DNA of 64,000 nt from a virus: positions 1 to 64,000 of the IMG/VR virus record IMGVR_UViG_3300014656_000018. The stretch is one strand, 5' to 3'. Position 1 is the first letter of the stretch, and every line of letters begins with the position of its first letter. A program made the position numbers and the translations under genes. Of the stretch, positions 1-9,430 are shown piece after piece. Under the pieces are notes generated by a model that saw nothing but the letters and a program-made list of their open reading frames with translations, made no database searches and had not been told where the DNA came from.

Positions 1-478
1 CCCCGCCGTTGAAGCGATGGCAGCACACCCCTCCGGTAGCTGCCCCCTCCCGGACCAGGACCTGCGTGGTCCCCACCACCTGGCAGGTGATCGTCTTCCG
101 TGTGGCCGCCGCAGCGAAGGTAATGGCATCGAGCTGATCCGGGTCGTACAGGGCAGCCGTAGCGGTACTGGTAGCAGGGGTCAGTATACCAGTTGCCGAT
201 ACCGATAGGAGCCGCACATTTGTACCATCCCATCCCATGACACCGAAGGCAAGAGCTGGCATCCCAAGTGCTCCCGGAGCAACAAATGCCGTCAGAAGAG
301 TAATTAAAGACCCGGAAACTGTGCTGTCATAGGTGGTAAGAGGATGTGCACCATCAACCGGATCCCCTGCGGAAGTAGCCAACACCCTGGTTCTGTCCTC
401 CGGAAGAGTTGGCTGTGCCCCTACCAGAGAAGGCAAAAGAAAGGAAGCAGCCATGAAAGCTAAGATACGGTATCTCAT
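1..478 (-). CDS. Partial CDS (runs off window start), virion-region protein with a Sec-like signal peptide
   Basis: Own translation from ATG 478: MRYRILAFMAASFLLPSLVGAQPTLPEDRTRV..., open to position 1; GGAG RBS upstream; absent from the ORF track. Confidence 0.7.
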   Translation of the reverse strand, partial: MRYRILAFMAASFLLPSLVGAQPTLPEDRTRVLATSAGDPVDGAHPLTTYDSTVSGSLITLLTAFVAPGALGMPALAFGVMGWDGTNVRLLSVSATGILTPATSTATAALYDPDQLDAITFAAAATRKTITCQVVGTTQVLVREGAATGGVCCHRFNGG

Positions 479-481
479 ATC

Positions 482-1312
482 CTAAACTCCATCTACCCGC
501 CAAAGGCAGCAAGGATGAGCTGCACCAATACCCCACATTGCTACATGTGTATGGCCAGCAGCCAGAAAGAAATTACGAGACTCTCCCCGAACTAGATGAG
601 TATGATAATCTGCAGCAGATGTAGTAACTGCTGCACCCCCAAATTTCACATAAACCTCCCCACCAACCTCCAAACGGATGGATCTACCAGTAAGAGTTGC
701 TATAGCTGTGGTTGCAGAAGCGCCAGCACCAGCGACCACAGGTACTACAGTACCAGGAATAGGATTGTCCGGAGACGGTACAGGAGAGGTAGATGTAGAG
801 GATACAGCACCAATACCAGACATACCAAGTGGAGAGGGGGAAGTGGTTACCAGAGTTGCAGTGGTCGCACCCCCAGCACCCCCCAGAAAGACTCGCATGA
901 AGGCGAAGCCATCCGGAATCTCATAGCTCTTGGCTATATCCGCCGCAATATTATCTCCGGTGCCTGCTACCCTGATCCATTCTGCTGTAGGAACCACCAG
1001 AGCATTATCATCGTAAGCGCACTCTACTATAACCTCATCAATAGCAAAACTACCTGCAGCAGTGTCAGTATTATGTATGGTTAACCGAAGATTGGAGAAT
1101 CTTCCGATGTACTCGGCAACCATTACCTGCACGGCAGCATCACTAACTGCAATGTCTGTTATGCGGGTGATGACCTCCAGTGGTCTGTAAAGTAGGATAT
1201 AGCCAGCTCGATCTGATTGAAGGTCAAGACAGACTATCTCGTTGCTCTGGAGAAACGTGAGGGCATCTCCGATATTTACAAATCTTCTAGCACTGTATCC
1301 ACTTTGGGCCAT
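482..1312 (-). CDS. Putative virion structural/decoration protein
   Basis: 276 aa, Ala/Thr/Gly/Val-rich beta-type composition with a Ser/Thr/Pro linker; lies in the head-completion cluster. Confidence 0.55.
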   Translation of the reverse strand: MAQSGYSARRFVNIGDALTFLQSNEIVCLDLQSDRAGYILLYRPLEVITRITDIAVSDAAVQVMVAEYIGRFSNLRLTIHNTDTAAGSFAIDEVIVECAYDDNALVVPTAEWIRVAGTGDNIAADIAKSYEIPDGFAFMRVFLGGAGGATTATLVTTSPSPLGMSGIGAVSSTSTSPVPSPDNPIPGTVVPVVAGAGASATTAIATLTGRSIRLEVGGEVYVKFGGAAVTTSAADYHTHLVRGESRNFFLAAGHTHVAMWGIGAAHPCCLWRVDGV

Positions 1313-1391
1313 CGAAGATCTCCAAAAGCTTTTGTACTATCCCTGCCAGATAGTCGCATACTCACTGGTGGCAGGGAAACTTTCAAGGCAA

Positions 1392-1892
1392 TCACGTATC
1401 TACATAGTAGTCAGAGTATTCCCAATACTCACTGTGTACCCCACCACCGTAGTTTCCCAGTGCTTGGGAAATATTCTGAGAGATCTTCCACTGTATTTTC
1501 TTCTGCTCATATCTACTCTGAAACAGATTTATCCACGCCTGCAGAAGAGGGGTTTTCTCGCTGACCGATACCTGTATTCCCCCATCGCTGTAGGACAGCT
1601 GATTCCTGGTCTGTAGAATTCCCACAGATTCCAGGACAGTAACTACAGCTCCTCTGATGAGGAGATGGGGATAGGGGAAGGTAGCAAGAGAGTATGTGAG
1701 TGGAGGTGGAGTGTTATTTATATCATCCAGAGCATCAAACAATGCCCAAGCAAGAAATCTGTCGCTGGTCTCCTCACTACCTATCAATCTATTCAGCGAT
1801 GGGTGATCTCGGAGGTAGTTTCTAAGGCTCTGCACCAGTATATTCACTGCCTGATTGGTTGTAGGATTGGTAAGAATTCCTGAGCTTGCCAC
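1392..1892 (-). CDS. Putative head-tail adaptor/neck protein
   Basis: 166 aa, helical; LRNYLRD...YSDGGIQVS pattern and position downstream of the major capsid gene. Confidence 0.55.
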   Translation of the reverse strand: MASSGILTNPTTNQAVNILVQSLRNYLRDHPSLNRLIGSEETSDRFLAWALFDALDDINNTPPPLTYSLATFPYPHLLIRGAVVTVLESVGILQTRNQLSYSDGGIQVSVSEKTPLLQAWINLFQSRYEQKKIQWKISQNISQALGNYGGGVHSEYWEYSDYYVDT

Positions 1893-1894
1893 AG

Positions 1895-2479
1895 CTAATC
1901 CTTATCTCTGTAATCCCTGAGCCTTCTCAGGATTGTAGCTCTAGCCTTTGCCTTACCAAGAATCCCCAGCATCTCTGCCAGACTGACAAGCTCATCATCC
2001 ATGAGACCTGCGAGAATCTCATCCGATGGAACCTCATCACTCCTGGAAGGCTGTTCAACATCAGGAAATACCAGCTTTTCATCTTCTTCCAGAGCCTCAT
2101 ATGTATCTTTCAAGCAGGGTCTGGCTTCAAAGATAAAGGCAGAAAGCTCTTCCTTCTGGGTAACATCAACAGGTAATGGAAAATCAAATTCATCTACACT
2201 CAAAACCTCCGGAAGCACATCAGGAGAAGTGCTACCCAAGATGGCAGTGCTTTCTATTTTTCTGGGGAGATAGATAACCTTGATCTTTCCCTTGCTCTCA
2301 TCAAGTTGGAGCTTCTCTTTGCCGACCTTATATATATCATCGGAGATGAGCATGGATTGGGTGGGTACCAACCTCCGGCCACCAAACCTGTAAACCTTGC
2401 TCTTGGATTCCCTTCCAGGAGTGGCTGTCCTACGACCCTTATATCTATTGTCTCTGGAGACATTCACTATCTTGTACAT
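1895..2479 (-). CDS. Hypothetical protein with a C-terminal helix-extension-helix (Rho-N-like) motif
   Basis: C-terminus LMDDELVSLAEMLGILGKAKARATILRRL; such proteins often follow capsid genes. Confidence 0.45.
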   Translation of the reverse strand: MYKIVNVSRDNRYKGRRTATPGRESKSKVYRFGGRRLVPTQSMLISDDIYKVGKEKLQLDESKGKIKVIYLPRKIESTAILGSTSPDVLPEVLSVDEFDFPLPVDVTQKEELSAFIFEARPCLKDTYEALEEDEKLVFPDVEQPSRSDEVPSDEILAGLMDDELVSLAEMLGILGKAKARATILRRLRDYRDKD

Positions 2480-2530
2480 AAAGCTCCTCTCTACAGCAAA
2501 GAGTTAAGTTGAGCTTATTCTGGTTTTATC

Positions 2531-3331
2531 TTATGCACTATAACCAGCAGCAATAGCATCCCTCATACTAGCTGGATACCTGTTCCAAATTTCTCTCAAT
2601 CCCTCATCACTCTTTAGCCGCCTCATAACATGTTTCTGCATGGCCTTTGGTATCTTTTTGCCTTCTCCATATACGAGTCGATATTTATCACCCAAAGCTT
2701 TTTCATATATCTGGCTTAGAGCGATCGAATCACCTTGTAGTGCTCTCACTTTTCTCAGAAAAGCGTTGCTGTCTTTAGCACCCGGTCCAGATAAAGTAGT
2801 CAACATGTTATGCTCTTTTGCCAATACTTGAGGAGAGAAATGACCATAGCCAAATAAAACCTCTTTAGGTTTGACAGCTCTTTCCAGACCCTCATGTATA
2901 CCAAATATTGTGCTAAGTGCTTCTCGTGGTTTCTTTTTTAACTCTGCAACCGAACCAAGTGAGCCTCTCCCTCTAGACAAATAAATAGTACCGGGACCAA
3001 ATTTTAAGGTAGTAGCCATATCTTTTTTCATATGGGCAATCAGCTCTCCTTTCGGAAGTGTTGCTCCTGTTCTGATTGCAGCGTCAGCTATTTGAGGAAG
3101 TACCCGCTTTGCGGACCTTATGGTTGGTACTGTTGCAGCACCACCACCAAGGGCTGTATAATCCTTTGCTTTCATTGTCGAAAAATTACCCTCTAATAGT
3201 GCTTTTGATGGTTTCCAACTCTTTAGACTATGAAATTTTACTCCTAACCTTTTAATGGCCCCCTTCAGCTCAGACATAGAAGCAGATATCTTTATGTACT
3301 CATCCACATAAGAGGATAGCGTAGAAATCAT
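2531..3331 (-). CDS. AT-rich tagged protein (SYVDEYIKIS) with an HExxE...H motif; candidate internal head cargo
   Basis: GGAGGAG RBS precedes ATG 3331; N-terminal tag; IHEGLE...GHFSPQVLAKEH; more AT-rich than its flanks. Confidence 0.6.
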   Translation of the reverse strand: MISTLSSYVDEYIKISASMSELKGAIKRLGVKFHSLKSWKPSKALLEGNFSTMKAKDYTALGGGAATVPTIRSAKRVLPQIADAAIRTGATLPKGELIAHMKKDMATTLKFGPGTIYLSRGRGSLGSVAELKKKPREALSTIFGIHEGLERAVKPKEVLFGYGHFSPQVLAKEHNMLTTLSGPGAKDSNAFLRKVRALQGDSIALSQIYEKALGDKYRLVYGEGKKIPKAMQKHVMRRLKSDEGLREIWNRYPASMRDAIAAGYSA

Positions 3332-3358
3332 TAGATACTCCTCCATGAAACCAACCTA

Positions 3359-3389
3359 AATTTACCCCAAAGATAGTATGCTTTGCAAC
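3359..3389 (-). promoter_or_regulatory. Putative sigma70-like late promoter GTTGCAA-N18-TAAATT
   Basis: Same 18-bp spacing as three other leftward promoters; lies just after the capsid terminator. Confidence 0.45.
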
Positions 3390-3416
3390 GGTATTGGCAT
3401 ATATGAAAGAAAGAAA

Positions 3417-3448
3417 GTGGAGGCAGGGCTTTTACACCCTGCCTCCAC
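3417..3448 (-). terminator. Intrinsic terminator after the major capsid gene
   Basis: 12-bp stem GTGGAGGCAGGG/CCCTGCCTCCAC followed by a T-rich tract on the minus strand. Confidence 0.8.
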
Positions 3449-3481
3449 CTCAGATAGCTACGATGGGATTCAACATAGGAA

Positions 3482-4705
3482 TTAGTACTGAGCCACCTGG
3501 GGATAATACAAGCCGGCCTCAACCAGGTTGTTCATAGCACCCAGGCTCTCCTCTGCGGAGATACGCTTGTTGGCCGAGGTAAGACCAACAATAGCCGCAT
3601 CGGAGAAGGTAGGACCTGCACCGGTACGGGCACCGAGCTGGGTAACAGTGGTACCCCGGACGGTAACCGAAGCAGAAAACAGCTCCAGCTTCGCCATGGC
3701 AGCGATGTTACCAAGACCCATACCAATATCTTCCCAAGACTGCCAGGTGATCAGATTGGCAATCTTATCGATATAGAACTTGGTGTTGTTGAGGATATAG
3801 AATCGGCCCAGAAAATTCGGAGCGGTGAATCCATAGATATTGCCTACACGCAGGATATCCACCTTGATGGAGCGAACGAAGCGCTTTCCAAGAAGGATAT
3901 TATACTTGTAGCCATCTACCAGAGTCTCGGACTGTATCTTGTCACCGACATCCTCGATGGTCCACTGCAAGATATCCTCAAAATCCGGCTCGGTCAGGAG
4001 GATGACCTCCATACGCAGCCGTCCATTCCCGGCTCCATTGGCACCACCGGAGAGGATCTTGAAGAGATTGATGAAGTCGGGACGCTGAACGGGGTTTACA
4101 ACCCAGTCATCCAGGGGGTTACCGGCGGCATCCTCGCGGGTACGAGCCAGCTCACCCTTGATGATCTGAGACTCGATAACCTCGGAGTTTGCCAGAGTGC
4201 CGGCGGAGAGACCGGTTACCACGCTGGCATTGGCCCGGAACTGCAGCTCCTGGATAGCCATCTCAACATGGCCCAGGAACTCCCGATCCTCAACCTCCTG
4301 AATGTCCGTCACCGAGTTGTCCTCGATGATCTTGGTGATGGGCATCTCGTAGGCGAGAAGCTCCTGCTCCGTCTTTTCGAACTTCTCCGAGGAGATGGTA
4401 AAGAAAGGGATCTCGTAGCGCTCACCAGAGACATACCGGGCACGGGGTTGACCACGGAAGGTGATAGCCATGGCCTGGCTCTGAGGCTCGATATCCACCA
4501 CCCTCACCAGAGTATCGTGATGAGTGGATCTCTGGAGATCAGCCTTGGTGACCATCTTGGGAGGAATGATCTTCCGGGCAAAAGACACCTCACGGAGCCT
4601 ATCTTGGATATACTCCCCCCCGAACTCAGCAATCTTCTCCTTTCCTTCTGGAGTACCCAGCTTCTGGGAGAAGAGGTCAATCATTGCACGAGCGTTAGCT
4701 GACAT
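3482..4705 (-). CDS. Major capsid protein (HK97 fold)
   Basis: 407 aa; REVSFARKIIPP...DIEP...F.G.P...RYEIPFF.I.S pattern; strongly biased codons; follows protease, scaffold and decoration genes and precedes a terminator. Confidence 0.8.
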   Translation of the reverse strand: MSANARAMIDLFSQKLGTPEGKEKIAEFGGEYIQDRLREVSFARKIIPPKMVTKADLQRSTHHDTLVRVVDIEPQSQAMAITFRGQPRARYVSGERYEIPFFTISSEKFEKTEQELLAYEMPITKIIEDNSVTDIQEVEDREFLGHVEMAIQELQFRANASVVTGLSAGTLANSEVIESQIIKGELARTREDAAGNPLDDWVVNPVQRPDFINLFKILSGGANGAGNGRLRMEVILLTEPDFEDILQWTIEDVGDKIQSETLVDGYKYNILLGKRFVRSIKVDILRVGNIYGFTAPNFLGRFYILNNTKFYIDKIANLITWQSWEDIGMGLGNIAAMAKLELFSASVTVRGTTVTQLGARTGAGPTFSDAAIVGLTSANKRISAEESLGAMNNLVEAGLYYPQVAQY

Positions 4706-4729
4706 ATCTATATACCTCCCTACCCAGAA

Positions 4730-5314
4730 TCAATCAATCGTGTAAGGCGAGCAGGTAATGTAAGCCCGCAGAACTGTTCCGGCTGTAGCAGCTGCCGGAG
4801 GCAGCGTGATATAGCCGACACGCCAGGCACCCGTGCCGAGGCCAGCATCGGTACTGATACAGGGGCGCCGCTCTGCACCATTACCCCAATCATTGGAAGC
4901 GCTGGAAATACCGATGGGGACACCCATGGTCAGCTGTGCCTGATCTCCGAGATCCCACATCTTGAACTCGGCCTCAAAGGCACCGCAGAATAGAATGGTT
5001 GTCTTGCCAATAGCCTGAGTATCATACCGACCTACCTCAGTGCTGACAGGCCAGAGACCACAGGCAAGGATAAGATCACCGGCAACAGCCCCACCACGGA
5101 CGGCCTGATAACCATCCGTAGAGCTGAAGCGGACAAGACGCTGTGCGGTAGTACTGGTGGTATCCAGGGATAGAAACTCCCCATCGCACAGAGTAGGATT
5201 GGCAGCCGTACCGGCATTACCCGCGAGAGTAATACCAGAAACGGGGAAATCACGCTTCACCAGGCCTTGAAACTCAGTGATGAGCCTCATTCCCTGTCGA
5301 AAAGAAAGAGCCAT
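4730..5314 (-). CDS. Putative capsid decoration/cement protein
   Basis: 194 aa, Gly/Ala/Thr-rich; immediately upstream of the capsid gene with the same codon bias. Confidence 0.6.
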   Translation of the reverse strand: MALSFRQGMRLITEFQGLVKRDFPVSGITLAGNAGTAANPTLCDGEFLSLDTTSTTAQRLVRFSSTDGYQAVRGGAVAGDLILACGLWPVSTEVGRYDTQAIGKTTILFCGAFEAEFKMWDLGDQAQLTMGVPIGISSASNDWGNGAERRPCISTDAGLGTGAWRVGYITLPPAAATAGTVLRAYITCSPYTID

Positions 5315-5339
5315 CTTTCAACCCTCCAAAAGCAAATTG

Positions 5340-5705
5340 TCAAGACCCGAGGATATAAGACTCAAGTCGAGTAGATCCATTACCTAACTGATCTTCACTG
5401 ACAGATGCCAGCTTCATGGAGGATACATCCATACGGATAGCCTCCTCCACGACACGAAGGTCACGACCCGGATCATTGAGCAGCTTTGCAACCTTCTCAC
5501 CAAATGGGAGACCTGGGTCAATGCCCTTCTCATCCATCATGGCTACGATGGTTTCGGCATGCTCTCTTCTCTCGTAGCTGGCAACCTTCTCCCTGAGCGT
5601 ATGGACCTCCTCTCTGAGAGACTCCAGAACCCCGGGGATTTCTGCCAGGACCTCACGAATGTCATCAGCACTCAGCTTCTCCATGGTGCTATCCTCCGGG
5701 GTCAT
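5340..5705 (-). CDS. Putative scaffold protein
   Basis: Acidic coiled coil; EKVAS and MKLAS motifs; position upstream of the capsid genes. Confidence 0.5.
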   Translation of the reverse strand: MTPEDSTMEKLSADDIREVLAEIPGVLESLREEVHTLREKVASYERREHAETIVAMMDEKGIDPGLPFGEKVAKLLNDPGRDLRVVEEAIRMDVSSMKLASVSEDQLGNGSTRLESYILGS

Positions 5706-6448
5706 CCTTGCACCCTGCTAGAAACCCGGCAGCGTGCACAAACATTGACTCCATCGCAAGTACAGGGGGAGCCTGCAATCTTGCTGAGAGCCGTACGAAC
5801 CTCTGCCATCTTCACACCTGCCTTGGAGGTGTTCTGCAACTTCTCCTTGAGTACTGGGTCAGAGAAGGCCGGGTGGCTGAGCACCTTGGCCAGATCGCTC
5901 TTCACCAGCTTCTTCGCATCCCCCTTAGTATAATCCTGAGCCTTATCCACTGAGCTTACTAGCCCATATCCACCGGAGGTGGGAGCCTTTGGACCCTCAC
6001 CGCTGGCAGATACTCCGGGAGGACCGGAGGTGGTGGTCTGGGAGATAGAAGGGGGAGAGTCGAGACCGCTTCCAAGCTTCTCAAGAATTGCAGCTTTCAG
6101 CTGGTCTCTGGTAGCTCCAGCCATTTTGGTGGCTGGAGCTTTGCTGGGGATAATAGCCTTTGCAGACTTTACCTTCCCAGCAATGAAGGGAGAGATTTTT
6201 GCTACTCCTACACCATCCAGATGCTCACAGATATAGGAGACAGCGCCAGCCAGCTTCTCAACGTAATCAAGATCTACACCCTGAGCACTGGCAGTCTTGA
6301 TAGATTCATGATCCGAGCAGAAGATACCTGAGTCAATACTGACACCGCAGACAGAGCACTGTCTTTCTGGCTCTGCGGAAGCCGTCTTGACCCGCTGCTC
6401 GGCCTCTCTGATAACCGAGTCAACCATGTCCTGTAGCGGCGTCTTCAT
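5702..6448 (-). CDS. Head-core/scaffold-like protein with many K-x-A motifs and two Cys clusters
   Basis: VKTASA, IKTASA, EKLAG, TKMAG, VKMAE, SKIAG; CSVC...C..H and CTC...CARC. Confidence 0.55.
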   Translation of the reverse strand: MKTPLQDMVDSVIREAEQRVKTASAEPERQCSVCGVSIDSGIFCSDHESIKTASAQGVDLDYVEKLAGAVSYICEHLDGVGVAKISPFIAGKVKSAKAIIPSKAPATKMAGATRDQLKAAILEKLGSGLDSPPSISQTTTSGPPGVSASGEGPKAPTSGGYGLVSSVDKAQDYTKGDAKKLVKSDLAKVLSHPAFSDPVLKEKLQNTSKAGVKMAEVRTALSKIAGSPCTCDGVNVCARCRVSSRVQG

Positions 6449-6450
6449 AG

Positions 6451-6777
6451 CTACCTCATCACTGGAGGTGGTGGCAGCTTGGGAGCTGCCATTGCGTTGG
6501 GAGAAAAGCTCTTTACCGGAGGATTGACCGGAGTAACTCTGCGGGGATTAGGCTTTGCCAATCCGATATTTATCGATGTTCCCGCAGGTTTGGCCGGTAA
6601 TGGCGCTCCAGGAGCTTTAGGAACTCCCATCGGTGAAGGAGTCTCCACAACGGATGACGCCCCCACCGATGGGATTCTAGCGGAAGGACCAATAACACCA
6701 GCAGATGGGACACCTCGGATTGACTGAGCAATCTTTTGCATCTCATCTAAATAAGCAGCTAGTGTTGTTTGGTTCAT
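6451..6777 (-). CDS. Tagged Pro-rich basic protein
   Basis: N-terminal AAYLDEMQKIA followed by a Pro/Ala/Lys-rich disordered segment. Confidence 0.65.
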   Translation of the reverse strand: MNQTTLAAYLDEMQKIAQSIRGVPSAGVIGPSARIPSVGASSVVETPSPMGVPKAPGAPLPAKPAGTSINIGLAKPNPRRVTPVNPPVKSFSPNAMAAPKLPPPPVMR

Positions 6778-6783
6778 ATGTAA

Positions 6784-7608
6784 TTAACTCGTAGCCTTGT
6801 GAACACCATATCCGGCCAAACCAACAGGAGCAGCAATAGCACCACCACCCAGGCCCAAACGTACTCTACGAGAAGCTCTGGAAGCCTCAGCACCAGGAGA
6901 CATACCCTTTAGCTTAGCTGTAAACTTCCTTATCTGATCATTGATACCTGTTAGGTTCCCACCACCAGCTTCTCGTGCCTGATTCTGAAGCTTCAGAAGC
7001 TTGTCTCTAACTTTCTGACGAGCTGCAGGAGTTCCCGTTGCTGCTCTACGAGCAGACCAAGCTTCCAGCTTCTTTCCCCCAGGAACAGCCCCACCTAAAC
7101 GTTCAACACGTCCTATCATTTTCTCTAAAAAACTAGGAGCCTTCTTAGCTGTAGTCATAAGAGCAGTAGATACTCCAGCAATCTTATTCATCTCATCCCA
7201 CTGAGCATGAGCCATCACCCGGCCGAGGAAATCAGCCTCAGCAAACTTGGCTTCGGCCTCCTTGGTCTCCTCTTCATCCTCCCAGTTGGCGGGATCAAGA
7301 GCATACTCAGCCAGCTGCTCGAACTCCTCGTCAGTCAGCTGATCGAGGTCAATATCGTTAACAGCTGCAACCTTCTGAATCATGGAGACCTTCTCCCGAT
7401 CAGAGATGTCAGTGTCAGCACCTTCCTCACCCAGAAGGCCAAGCTCATCAGCCAGAGCAATGACATCCTCATCACTCAGGCTGTCAATGTCGATACTGTC
7501 GTCATCGGCCAGCTTCTCCAGAAGAGCTGCCTGGGCCGACTTCTCCAGATCCTCCTGCGACTGACCGGTACCGTAGAACTCTGCAAGCCACTCGTTCATC
7601 CCGTTCAT
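6784..7608 (-). CDS. Acidic scaffold-like N-half, internal tag, basic Gly-rich C-half
   Basis: EKSA/EKLA/QKVA motifs; AQWDEMNKIAG; C-terminal GLGGGAIAAPVGLAGYG. Confidence 0.6.
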   Translation of the reverse strand: MNGMNEWLAEFYGTGQSQEDLEKSAQAALLEKLADDDSIDIDSLSDEDVIALADELGLLGEEGADTDISDREKVSMIQKVAAVNDIDLDQLTDEEFEQLAEYALDPANWEDEEETKEAEAKFAEADFLGRVMAHAQWDEMNKIAGVSTALMTTAKKAPSFLEKMIGRVERLGGAVPGGKKLEAWSARRAATGTPAARQKVRDKLLKLQNQAREAGGGNLTGINDQIRKFTAKLKGMSPGAEASRASRRVRLGLGGGAIAAPVGLAGYGVHKATS

Positions 7609-7672
7609 GATGTCACTCCTTGAATCAAGTCAACCTTTCTGATGTGGCGGTCACATCGTTGGAGCCTTTCTA

Positions 7673-9430
7673 TCATGTGCTCCTCGTGGCCCGCAATCCA
7701 TGACCTATGGTAGAGCCCAGCATGGCTGCAATATTTGGATGCTCTGCTATGAGCCTTGCAATCATACCTGACTCTTTACCCTCTTTCTCCCGGCCCTTCA
7801 CATGGGCTGAGATAAGATATGCTAGTGGAAGAAGACCCAGCATGGAAAGTAAAAACGTAGCTGAGCGTCCTTCCACAGCAGCAACCTTGCTTGTAGTGTA
7901 AGCATCTTCCATCTTGTATTGGAAGATCTGCTCTTCAATATCTGGAAAGATATAGCAGATATTTTCTGCAGCTACAGGAATAAAGGATGCCAGGCTCTGT
8001 CTGTAGCCATTATACGCAGCAGATATCTTGTCCAGGAGAGGATGAGTAATTTCTTCCGGAGATGATACTGAATCAGGAGAGACTTGTATTCTAATCACTC
8101 TCCTGTGGAGGCAGGGACCGTACAAGCTACGATGCTCCATCTGACCCATGAGAAGATTCTTGATAAGGGGCATGATCCCCTCAAGTGATAGTGGGATAGA
8201 GCTATCTACTTCTTCTACTGGACGGAATGTACCGTGGTTATTATCCAGATCATCTGCGAGGCCAGGCTTTCCCATACGGATAAGAATAATTCTCTGGAAC
8301 TCCTGCGGCTTTAACACGATACCCATTGCTCCGGACGTTGACAATGATCTATCCGGAGAGACAGAGGCCATCTGGTCCAGAGTCCGGGAAGGTAAAGATT
8401 CCTCTCTGGAAGCTAAAGCTCTGATTGCATCCTTGAATCTCTCTATACCGCCATGGGCCTTCATGACAGCCGGAGTTCTCTTCTCCGTATCTGCCTGCTT
8501 GGTCGGAAAAGAGACAGAGGCACACTTCTCCAGATCCGATCTATGGAGCCTATATATCTCAGACGTAGATGGCTTTGATTTTCCGGAAGCAGATGCCAGC
8601 TTCTGGATAGTCTTGGCTATCTTATCTGCTCCGATATAGACGCTGCTGATGTCAAAGAATCTTGGGAAATCATTATGAACACTGACCTGAATGCCATTGG
8701 GTAATATCTGACCGGCACTCTTCATCATATGCTCACAGTAGTCGTTTCTGGTGAGAGAGATACCGGGAATAGGGGATACTCTATGTGCTTCCTTGATTGC
8801 ATCACCGGGAAGCATATGAGGATTTCTCAGAAGAGCATCTCTCATTCTTTTATATGTCTCTTCATTATCCCCACAACATGTAGACCTATCAAAAGGTACC
8901 TTAGTACCCATCGACCAGTCTGGGTGCTCATTTCTATCCAATTTGTCAACAACTTCGTGAGCACCTACAGCAGCTGCCTTCTCTCTATCCACACAAACAA
9001 CAAGCTCGACCCTCTTCATGGGATCATTCCAGACAGCCAGCTTTATCTCACCATAGGATTTATTGGGATCGGTGTTCTGGTGGTGCATATAGGGATAGCC
9101 ATACTTCTCAAAGGTCTTGTATCCCCAATTCCCATCGGTATTTCTGAGAGAGAAGTAGGCTCTTTTGATTATAGGATTGTCTGAAGCAGCCCACGTATTG
9201 TATTCATCAAACCGGTCGTTGTTAATATTTGCCCCATAGTACTCTGCTGCACCCATAGCATTCAGAAGGACAAATATCTTTCCTTTCTCCGGCTGAAGAC
9301 TGGAAGCATATCTCTGAATCTCCGGGTGAACAGCAGAAGCTGTCTTTATGATTCTTCCCGGCTGGATAGCTATCACCAGGGGATTACCCTTAGCATCTAT
9401 TCCGGGACAGCTAAATGTCTTCTCAATCAT
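7673..9430 (-). CDS. Prohead maturation protease (HK97/assemblin-like serine protease) with a long C-terminal extension
   Basis: NNDRF...HHQN...WSMG...FFDISSVYIGAD has the His / SxG / (E/D)xSxV layout of prohead proteases; lies in the head cluster. Confidence 0.65.
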   Translation of the reverse strand: MIEKTFSCPGIDAKGNPLVIAIQPGRIIKTASAVHPEIQRYASSLQPEKGKIFVLLNAMGAAEYYGANINNDRFDEYNTWAASDNPIIKRAYFSLRNTDGNWGYKTFEKYGYPYMHHQNTDPNKSYGEIKLAVWNDPMKRVELVVCVDREKAAAVGAHEVVDKLDRNEHPDWSMGTKVPFDRSTCCGDNEETYKRMRDALLRNPHMLPGDAIKEAHRVSPIPGISLTRNDYCEHMMKSAGQILPNGIQVSVHNDFPRFFDISSVYIGADKIAKTIQKLASASGKSKPSTSEIYRLHRSDLEKCASVSFPTKQADTEKRTPAVMKAHGGIERFKDAIRALASREESLPSRTLDQMASVSPDRSLSTSGAMGIVLKPQEFQRIILIRMGKPGLADDLDNNHGTFRPVEEVDSSIPLSLEGIMPLIKNLLMGQMEHRSLYGPCLHRRVIRIQVSPDSVSSPEEITHPLLDKISAAYNGYRQSLASFIPVAAENICYIFPDIEEQIFQYKMEDAYTTSKVAAVEGRSATFLLSMLGLLPLAYLISAHVKGREKEGKESGMIARLIAEHPNIAAMLGSTIGHGLRATRST

